Shown piece by piece: positions 57,165-64,000 of a stretch of DNA of 64,000 nucleotides. The notes beneath the pieces were generated by a model that ran no database searches, was not told the DNA's origin, and was given only the letters and a program-made list of their open reading frames with translations. The DNA comes from Minisyncoccia bacterium (lineage in GTDB: Bacteria; Patescibacteriota; Minisyncoccia; Phycocordibacterales; UBA9973). Location: the NCBI GenBank assembly GCA_049303835.1, contig JBAQNN010000002.1:9248-73247 (forward strand), written 5' to 3'. A program made the translations under genes and the position numbers. Every line of letters starts with the position of its first letter. The stretch's first letter is position 1.

Positions 57165-58358
57165 TTATCCCAAGATTTTTGTTACAACACCCGCACCGAC
57201 AGTCTTCCCCCCTTCACGGATGGCAAACTTTTGTGTTTCTTCAAGGGCAACCGGGGTAACCAATTTAACTGTAATTTTAACTGTATCTCCAGGCATGACC
57301 ATCTCTGTTCCTTCTGCAAGGGTCACATCTCCAGTTACGTCTGTGGTACGAATATAGAATTGAGGTTTATATCCTTTGAAAAATGGGGTATGTCGTCCTC
57401 CTTCTTCTTTCTTTAATACGTATATTTCGCAAGTAAAGTTGTCATGCGGAGTAACAGTACCTGGCTTTGCCAAAACTTGTCCGCGAGTGATGTCTTCTTT
57501 TTTCAAACCTCGGAGAAGAATACCGGCATTGTCTCCGGCCATACCTTCTTGAAGATTTTTATTGAACATTTCAATTCCGGTAACGGTTGTCTTTTGAGTA
57601 GGTTTGATTCCAATGATTTCAACATCTTCACCAACCTTCACTACCCCTCTTTCAATTTTACCGGTAACAACTGTTCCTCGGCCTTCAATGGAGAAGATGT
57701 CTTCTACCGGCATAAGGAATGGTTTTGAAGTATCACGTTCTGGGACTGGGATGTAAGTATCAAGTGCATCGGTCAATTCAAGAATCTTCTTTGCCCATTC
57801 ATCATCAACTGACTTTGCTTCAAGACCCTTAAGAGCGGATCCGCGAATAACTGGAGCATTTGCTCCATCAAAGCCTTGCTTGGTTAGAAGTTCACGAATT
57901 TCTTCTTCAACCATGTCAATCATATCTTTATCATCAACCATGTCGCATTTGTTTAGGAAAACAATCATTTTTGGAACACCAACTTGTTTTGCAAGGAGAA
58001 CGTGTTCGCGGGTCTGGGGCATAGCACCGTCAGTAGCGGCCACCACCAAGATAGCACCGTCCATTTGAGCGGCACCAGTAATCATGTTTTTGATGTAGTC
58101 AGCGTGTCCCGGAGCATCTATGTGCGCATAGTGACGAGCATCAGTAGCGTACTCGTTGTGAGAAATGTTAATAGTGATTCCACGAGCTTTTTCTTCAGGA
58201 GCGTTGTCAATCTGATCAACTCCACGAAGACGAACTGTTTTTCCAGCCAAATTTAACACATTTAAAATTGCAGCTGTTAAAGTTGTCTTTCCATGGTCAA
58301 CGTGACCGATGGTGCCGACGTTTATGTGCGGCTTGTCTCTCTTAAATTCTTCTGCCAT
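57165..58358 (-). CDS. tuf: Elongation factor Tu
   Basis: [22 protein letters not shown]. Confidence 0.95.
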   Translation of the reverse strand: MAEEFKRDKPHINVGTIGHVDHGKTTLTAAILNVLNLAGKTVRLRGVDQIDNAPEEKARGITINISHNEYATDARHYAHIDAPGHADYIKNMITGAAQMDGAILVVAATDGAMPQTREHVLLAKQVGVPKMIVFLNKCDMVDDKDMIDMVEEEIRELLTKQGFDGANAPVIRGSALKGLEAKSVDDEWAKKILELTDALDTYIPVPERDTSKPFLMPVEDIFSIEGRGTVVTGKIERGVVKVGEDVEIIGIKPTQKTTVTGIEMFNKNLQEGMAGDNAGILLRGLKKEDITRGQVLAKPGTVTPHDNFTCEIYVLKKEEGGRHTPFFKGYKPQFYIRTTDVTGDVTLAEGTEMVMPGDTVKITVKLVTPVALEETQKFAIREGGKTVGAGVVTKILG

Positions 58359-58592
58359 ATTTTTGTTACTAATAGTTAAAACTTAACGTACGAGAACCAG
58401 TCGCTAAGGCCTAACTACTAATGTAAATTAACTAATAATTTAAAAAACAATATAAGCAAACCTTGTATTGCCTTCGCTCGTGAATCTTGTAAAACATAAA
58501 GTTTTCCACGATATCACTCGCTAGCCAATATAAAAACTGCAGAAAGTGCAGTTGCTAAGATAATAGCAGAATTAGAAATAAAGTCAATAATT

Positions 58593-58622
58593 AAAAAGAC
58601 TAGGGCTCGCCTAGTCTTTTTA
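58593..58622 (-). terminator. Rho-independent terminator after fusA
   Basis: AAAAAGACTAGG-GCTCG-CCTAGTCTTTTTA. Confidence 0.5.
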
Positions 58623-58643
58623 ATAAATTTTGTTTGTTAATTT

Positions 58644-60791
58644 TTACTTTCTCGCAGCGATGATAGTTTCAGCAACATTTTGTGGAACAATATCGTAACG
58701 GAAGAATTCCATGGTGAAACCTGCGCGTCCTTCGGTCATAGAACGAAGACCGGTCATGTATCCAAACATTTCGGATAGAGGCACTATCGCTTTGATTACT
58801 TTATTCATTCCTCTGTCTTCCATTCCTTCAATAAGTCCGCGTTTGGATGACAAGTTTCCGGTGACATCTCCCATGAATTTATCTGGGGTAATGACTTCCA
58901 CCTTCATCATTGGTTCTAAAATTACAGGATTAGCACGTTTACATGCATCTTGAATAGCCATAGAAGCAGCAATCTTGAACGCCATTTCGTTGGAGTCCAC
59001 TTCGTGGTAACTACCATCCCAAAGATCCACTGAAACATTCACCATTTTAAATCCAGCCAAGATTCCACGATCCAATCCTTCTTTGAATCCCTTTTCACAA
59101 GGAGCGATATATTCTTGAGGAATGACACCTCCCTTGATGCTGTTTATAAACTCAAAACCTTCTCCACGCTTGGTATTCTTTGGTAAATCTTCCAACTCTT
59201 CTTTGGTAAGCATCTCCATTGGTTTGACTTTAATTTTCACGTGGCCGTAGTTTCCACGTCCTCCTGATTGCTTGATGTATTTGCCTTCAGCATCAGAATT
59301 GCCGGTAATAGTTTCTCGGTAAGCTACTTGCGGTTTACCGACATTGGCTTCCACGGTAAACTCGCGTTTCATACGATCCACGATAATTTCCAAATGCAAT
59401 TCTCCCATGCCGGCAATGATGGTCTCTCCTGTCTCCTGATCGGTAGAAACTTTAAATGTCGGATCTTCTTGGGCGAGACGATTGAGGGCCATACCCATTT
59501 TTTCTTGGTCTGCTTTTGTTTTTGGTTCAATACGAAGCTGGATGACAGGTTCAGGAAAGACGATACGGTTCAATTCAATAGGATTATTTTCATCACAAAG
59601 AGTGTCTGAAGTTATAGTATCTTTCAATCCTACAGCCGCCGCAATTTCTCCAGCAAAAACTTGTTTCACTTCTTCGCGATCGTTGGCATGCATACGCAAT
59701 ATTCGGCCGATACGTTCTTTGTTGCGAGTACGAGGATTGTATACATAACTTCCCGCCACCAAACTTCCGGAATAAACACGGAAGAAAATAATCTGTCCGA
59801 CGAATGGATCCGTCGCCACCTTAAAAGCGAGCGCTGCAAAAGGTTCTGCATCCGAAGCATTGCGAACAAGAGGTTCATCTGTATCTGGGTTAACTCCTGG
59901 AATCGGAGGAATATCTGTCGGAGCTGGCAAATAATCCACGACTGCGTCTAGCACGAGCTGGACACCTTTGTTCTTTAAAGCTGAACCGGCGAATACCGGG
60001 AAAATTTCGTTTGCAATAACCGCTTTACGTAAAGTTTTTTTCAAAACATCAATATCTGGAATTACTCCTTCCAAATATTCTGTCATCATCGCTTCGTCGG
60101 TCTCCACTATCTTTTCAACTAATTCACCATGATATTTTTCGGCGTCCGCTTTCAATTCTTCCGGAATTTCTTTTTCTACAACTTTATTTCCCATTTCTCC
60201 TTCAAAGTAATAAGCCTTCATGCGCAAAAGATCTACCACTCCTTCATGTTTTTCTTCCAAGCCAATGGGAATTTGCATTCTTACAGCTTTCTTCGTGAGA
60301 CGTTCTAGAATAGTTTTATAGGAATGTTCAAAAGAAGCACCAGTGCGGTCTAATTTATTTATAAAACAAACACGAGGAACTTTTGCCTCATCAGCATAAC
60401 GCCAGTTTGTTTCGGATTGTGGTTCTACTCCTGCCACGCCGTCAAAGACGACGACTGCACCGTCTAGCACACGGAGAGATCTCTTCACTTCAACTGTGAA
60501 ATCAATGTGTCCAGGTGTGTCAATAATATTAAAACGATGTTTCTTTGATTTGTCGGAAAGAGCGTAAGTAGGAGTCCAGAAACAAGTGACCGCTGCGGAA
60601 GTAATAGTGATTCCGCGTTCTCGTTCTTGTTCCATCCAGTCCGTGGTGGTCTCTCCATCGTGCACTTCCCCTATCTTGTGAGAAACTCCTGTATAAAAAA
60701 GCACACGCTCGGTCGTAGTCGTCTTCCCCGCATCAATGTGCGCAATAATTCCAATGTTTCTAACTTTTTCTAAAGGATAGTCTCGTTCCAT
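58644..60791 (-). CDS. fusA: Elongation factor G
   Basis: [24 protein letters not shown]. Start at MERDYPL. Confidence 0.95.
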   Translation of the reverse strand: MERDYPLEKVRNIGIIAHIDAGKTTTTERVLFYTGVSHKIGEVHDGETTTDWMEQERERGITITSAAVTCFWTPTYALSDKSKKHRFNIIDTPGHIDFTVEVKRSLRVLDGAVVVFDGVAGVEPQSETNWRYADEAKVPRVCFINKLDRTGASFEHSYKTILERLTKKAVRMQIPIGLEEKHEGVVDLLRMKAYYFEGEMGNKVVEKEIPEELKADAEKYHGELVEKIVETDEAMMTEYLEGVIPDIDVLKKTLRKAVIANEIFPVFAGSALKNKGVQLVLDAVVDYLPAPTDIPPIPGVNPDTDEPLVRNASDAEPFAALAFKVATDPFVGQIIFFRVYSGSLVAGSYVYNPRTRNKERIGRILRMHANDREEVKQVFAGEIAAAVGLKDTITSDTLCDENNPIELNRIVFPEPVIQLRIEPKTKADQEKMGMALNRLAQEDPTFKVSTDQETGETIIAGMGELHLEIIVDRMKREFTVEANVGKPQVAYRETITGNSDAEGKYIKQSGGRGNYGHVKIKVKPMEMLTKEELEDLPKNTKRGEGFEFINSIKGGVIPQEYIAPCEKGFKEGLDRGILAGFKMVNVSVDLWDGSYHEVDSNEMAFKIAASMAIQDACKRANPVILEPMMKVEVITPDKFMGDVTGNLSSKRGLIEGMEDRGMNKVIKAIVPLSEMFGYMTGLRSMTEGRAGFTMEFFRYDIVPQNVAETIIAARK

Positions 60792-60799
60792 AAATAAAA

Positions 60800-61270
60800 T
60801 TACCAAGCAAAGTGGGCGAAGGCCTTGTTGGCCTCGGCCATCTTGTGAGTATCTTCTTTCTTTTTAATAGCAGCACCCTCATTCTTGGAAGCGGCGATCA
60901 ACTCATCAGCGAGTTTTAAATGCATAGGCTTCCCTTTTCCTCCGCGAGCCGCGTCACGAATCCAGCGCATAGCGAGAGCGAGGCGGCGTTCAGGACGAAC
61001 TTCAACCGGCACTTGGTAGTTTGCACCTCCGATACGCTTGGAGCGCACTTCGGTCATCGGACCGGCGTTTCTGAGAGCTAAATCAAAAATTTCAAGCGGA
61101 TTTGGGTTGCCTGTTTTTTCTTTAATGACATCAAAAGCGGCATACATCACCTTGCGAGCAGTTTCTTTCTTCCCAGACCACATAATGTAATTGATAAACT
61201 TCTCCAGTTTTTGGGAGTTGTATATAAAATCGGGTTCTACTGTATTTCTATTTTTAACTTTTCGTCTCAT
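60800..61270 (-). CDS. rpsG: 30S ribosomal protein S7
   Basis: 156 aa, in the rpsL-rpsG-fusA context. Confidence 0.9.
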   Translation of the reverse strand: MRRKVKNRNTVEPDFIYNSQKLEKFINYIMWSGKKETARKVMYAAFDVIKEKTGNPNPLEIFDLALRNAGPMTEVRSKRIGGANYQVPVEVRPERRLALAMRWIRDAARGGKGKPMHLKLADELIAASKNEGAAIKKKEDTHKMAEANKAFAHFAW

Positions 61271-61279
61271 ATTTTTTAA

Positions 61280-61705
61280 TTATTTTTTAGCGTCTTTTCT
61301 AGGTTTCTTGTTTCCGTATAATGATCGTCCTTGTCGGCGCTTTTCCACTCCTTGAGTATCCAAGACTCCGCGCACGATGTGATATCTCACTCCGATCAAG
61401 TCCTTCACACGTCCTCCGCGAAGCATTACCACAGAGTGTTCTTGCAAGTTGTGTCCTTCTCCTGGGATATAAGCGGTGACTTCCATACCGTTGGTCAAAC
61501 GCACTCTGGCTATTTTACGGAGAGCGGAGTTAGGCTTCTTTGGAGTAGTAGTGGAAACTTTTGTGCAGACACCTCTTTTGAAAGGCGCCGGAAAAAAGAC
61601 GGGTCTATTTTTGAGAACGTTAAATCCGCGAGCCAAAGCGACAGTCTTCGTCTTGGAACGGACCTTGGTTCTGTTTTTCTTGATTAATTGGTTGATTGTT
61701 GGCAT
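61280..61705 (-). CDS. rpsL: 30S ribosomal protein S12
   Basis: [22 protein letters not shown]. Confidence 0.9.
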   Translation of the reverse strand: MPTINQLIKKNRTKVRSKTKTVALARGFNVLKNRPVFFPAPFKRGVCTKVSTTTPKKPNSALRKIARVRLTNGMEVTAYIPGEGHNLQEHSVVMLRGGRVKDLIGVRYHIVRGVLDTQGVEKRRQGRSLYGNKKPRKDAKK

Positions 61706-61759
61706 AAGTAAACAAAATAGCCCCATAAGGACTATGGAAACAATATACTATTAAAATAA

Positions 61760-62407
61760 TTAAAATGCAAGACCGGTGATTAAGTGAAAGAGGAAGGTTA
61801 ATATCGGATATAGAAAATCAGAAAAGAAAACTATAAATACCAGCAGTAAAATTAATGAGTATTGCTCGTAGGCTAAAATAAAGGAAAAAGCTCTATCGGG
61901 TAAAAAAGAGAAAAGTATTTTAGAACCGTCAAGCGGGGGGATGGGAACGAGATTGAATATACCCAAGGCTAAATTCACGACGACAATAGCAGAGGTTATA
62001 AAATAAAATCCTGGTGGTAGAGCAAGGCCGGAAGAAAGGCGGATAATCAATCCGAAAACAATAGCAATAAAAAAGTTCGCGAGGATGCCCGCCGCAGCCA
62101 CCGCGACAGTCCCCCATTTTTTGTCGCTTAAATTATTTGGATTGTATGGCACCGGTTTTGCCCAGCCAAAAATAAATCCGGCCTTGGATAAAATTAAGAC
62201 GGCCGGCAAGAGAATAGATCCGAACAAGTCCAAGTGTTTGAGTGGATTTAAGGTGAGGCGTCCGGCATTTCTGGCAGTATTATCTCCGAAATGTTCCGCC
62301 ATAAAACCGTGCGAAACCTCGTGGATCACAATGGACATGATGAGTATCACTATATAAAAAATGGCATCTATCCCTTGCATAATGATGTTTCTAATGATAG
62401 CATACAA
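61760..62407 (-). CDS. Small polytopic membrane zinc metalloprotease (site-2 protease / M50-like)
   Basis: HEVSHG (HExxH) inside a TM helix, 215 aa. Confidence 0.45.
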   Translation of the reverse strand: MYAIIRNIIMQGIDAIFYIVILIMSIVIHEVSHGFMAEHFGDNTARNAGRLTLNPLKHLDLFGSILLPAVLILSKAGFIFGWAKPVPYNPNNLSDKKWGTVAVAAAGILANFFIAIVFGLIIRLSSGLALPPGFYFITSAIVVVNLALGIFNLVPIPPLDGSKILFSFLPDRAFSFILAYEQYSLILLLVFIVFFSDFLYPILTFLFHLITGLAF

Positions 62408-62412
62408 AAGTT

Positions 62413-62664
62413 ATGAAAAAAACGTGCGCTATAACTAAAAAGGGCTCAATCGTCGGAGGCGGATACTCCAATAGAACCCGTGCCACCAAGTTCAACCCTA
62501 CCGGCAAAAAAAGAAAATACCCCAATCTTCAAAAGAAGAGAGTTTTCGTCCCTGAATTAAACAAGACAGTCAATATTGAAATCTCCGCTCGCGGAATGCG
62601 CACCATGAACAAAAACGGCGTTTACGCCACTCTCAAAAAAGCTGGATTGATACAAGCTAAATAA
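62413..62664 (+). CDS. rpmB: 50S ribosomal protein L28
   Basis: MKKTCAITKKGSIVGGGYSNRTRATKFNPTGKKRKYPNLQKK..ISARGMRTM. Confidence 0.8.
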   Translation: MKKTCAITKKGSIVGGGYSNRTRATKFNPTGKKRKYPNLQKKRVFVPELNKTVNIEISARGMRTMNKNGVYATLKKAGLIQAK

Positions 62665-62695
62665 AAAAACCTCACAGTATAGTGAGGTTTTTTTA
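62663..62695. terminator. Bidirectional terminator between rpmB and the DEAD-box helicase gene
   Basis: AAAAAAACCTCAC-AGTATA-GTGAGGTTTTTTT. Confidence 0.55.
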
Positions 62696-63940
62696 TGCTG
62701 GTACGAAGGTAATCGCATTCCCCTTTTTGCCACTACGGCCAGTACGGCCGATGCGATGCACGTAGGTATCATAGGTTTGTGGTACGTCGTAGTTGATGAC
62801 ATGAGTGACATCCGGAATATCCAATCCGCGAGCTGCGACGTCAGTCGCAATAAGCACATTAATTTGATCTTTCTTAAAAGAATCAAGGATGCGAATACGT
62901 TCTCGACTTCTCTTGTCGCCGTGAATCCCTCCGACCTTGAAGCCCATATGCGAGAGCTCTTTCGCCAAGGTGTCTACACTGTGTTTCATTTCACGGAAAA
63001 TAAGGACTTTGTCTGAGCCATCTTTTTTCAAAACTTCGTGTAATTTTTCTATTCGTTCATCGTTACCCCTGTAACGAATTACATCTTGGTCAATATTTTT
63101 TGCCGTTTCTCCGGAAATAACGGAAATGAAAACCGGCTCTTTTAGATATTGCTCAGTTAATTTTTTGATTTCAGGAGACAAGGTCGCAGAGAAGAAAAGA
63201 GTCTGGCGTTCTTTGGCGGTCTTCCCAATGATAAAGACCATCTCGTCTCTAAATCCCATATCTAGCATTCTGTCCGCCTCATCAAGCACCACAGAATGAC
63301 AGGTAGATAAATCTAAAACTTTTTTCTCAATCAAGTCTCGCAAGCGCCCCGGGGTGCCGATAACAAATGAAACACCCATTTTTATTTCTCTAATTTGTTT
63401 CATTATAGGCAAACCTCCCACACAAGCCACGGAAAACATCCCAAAACCAAAAGCGAGATTTTTAAAATCACTTTCTATTTGGAGCGCTAGTTCGCGCGTC
63501 GGCGCCATTATCAAGACGGTCTCCCTCTTGTTCTGCCCCTTTGTTTTGGCAATTTTTTCTATGAGCGGAAGCAAGAAGGCTGCCGTCTTGCCCGTACCGG
63601 TATTAGCCATACCGAAAACATCCATACCTTTCATCACAGAAGGTATCGCTTGGTCCTGAATGGGTCTCGGATTAGTGTATCCGGCTCTTTCAATATTTTT
63701 ATAAAGTTGTGGGTTAAAAGGAAAATCAGCAAAAGTATGTTTTGATACATATGGTTTTTCCTCCACATGTGTCCCTTTTTTAATGAAACGAGAAAAATCA
63801 ATCCGTTCTCCGCGAGATCTTTTGTTGCTTCCTCCCCCTCTTTTGAAAGACCTGCCCGCCGAAAAGGAGGGGGGTCTGGATTTATTAAACCCGCCACGAA
63901 AAGCAGGGCGGGCAGGTTTTCCTCCAACTTTAGATTTCAC
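62693..63940 (-). CDS. DEAD-box ATP-dependent RNA helicase with an RGG/basic N-terminal region. The reading frame stays open upstream of the GTG at 63940, so the true start may lie beyond the window end
   Basis: Q-motif, GTGKTAAF, VLDEADRMLDMGF, SAT, HRIGRTGRSGKKG. Confidence 0.85.
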   Translation of the reverse strand: MKSKVGGKPARPAFRGGFNKSRPPSFSAGRSFKRGGGSNKRSRGERIDFSRFIKKGTHVEEKPYVSKHTFADFPFNPQLYKNIERAGYTNPRPIQDQAIPSVMKGMDVFGMANTGTGKTAAFLLPLIEKIAKTKGQNKRETVLIMAPTRELALQIESDFKNLAFGFGMFSVACVGGLPIMKQIREIKMGVSFVIGTPGRLRDLIEKKVLDLSTCHSVVLDEADRMLDMGFRDEMVFIIGKTAKERQTLFFSATLSPEIKKLTEQYLKEPVFISVISGETAKNIDQDVIRYRGNDERIEKLHEVLKKDGSDKVLIFREMKHSVDTLAKELSHMGFKVGGIHGDKRSRERIRILDSFKKDQINVLIATDVAARGLDIPDVTHVINYDVPQTYDTYVHRIGRTGRSGKKGNAITFVPA

Positions 63941-64000
63941 ACCAAAAGACCGGTGCGCAGGTTTTTTAAACGTAGAAACATGGCTCCCAAATTTCTTCGG

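Noticed and set aside
57231-60000. Numerous 60-110-aa ORFs antisense to tuf and fusA (for example 57444..57728, 59268..59609, 59661..59951)
   Set aside because: They lie inside highly conserved EF-Tu / EF-G coding sequence and have no independent signals. Typical antisense noise.

Overview
This window is AT-rich (roughly 35-40% GC), gene-dense bacterial DNA with the hallmarks of a Candidate Phyla Radiation / Patescibacteria genome. Almost everything is encoded on the minus strand. It holds three main blocks.

(1) 5.8-18.0 kb: a complete type IV pilus / competence-pilus locus. It runs pilM-N-O, a hypothetical, pilB, a CheY-like response regulator, pilT, pilC, three tandem pilin paralogs, pilD and four minor pilins. 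Divergent to it sits a comFC-like gene.

(2) 22-37 kb: housekeeping genes. These are recG; a PduO-type cobalamin adenosyltransferase next to a class II (B12-dependent) ribonucleotide reductase; ftsH; two copies of a [small membrane protein + pilin] module; tmRNA plus smpB; infC-rpmI-rplT; a beta-CASP MBL nuclease; and ndk.

(3) 42-62 kb: the conserved ribosomal super-operon. It runs rpsL-rpsG-fusA / tuf / S10 operon / spc operon / secY-adk-pyrH-map. L30 (rpmD) is absent, as is typical of CPR.

The most striking anomaly is a ~1.07 kb GC-rich (~55-58%) block inserted between rplB and rpsS. It has its own promoter-like and terminator-like elements and four small ORFs (40, 80, 54 and 55 aa) with textbook GGAGG Shine-Dalgarno sites. 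Other notable items:
- a pilin gene inserted into the spc operon behind a 22-bp perfect hairpin;
- a tRNA-Ser followed by two tandem copies of a repeat derived from the tRNA 5' half;
- a type II tRNA with an abnormal anticodon loop, next to a partial tRNA duplication;
- tandem TAATTCGTAATT repeats that make up three intercistronic spacers of the ribosomal operons;
- a RAYT/IS200-like transposase flanked by inverted palindromic REP-like elements;
- a large HerA/VirB4-like ATPase.

Every functional call comes from reading motifs in the supplied translations. No database search was possible.
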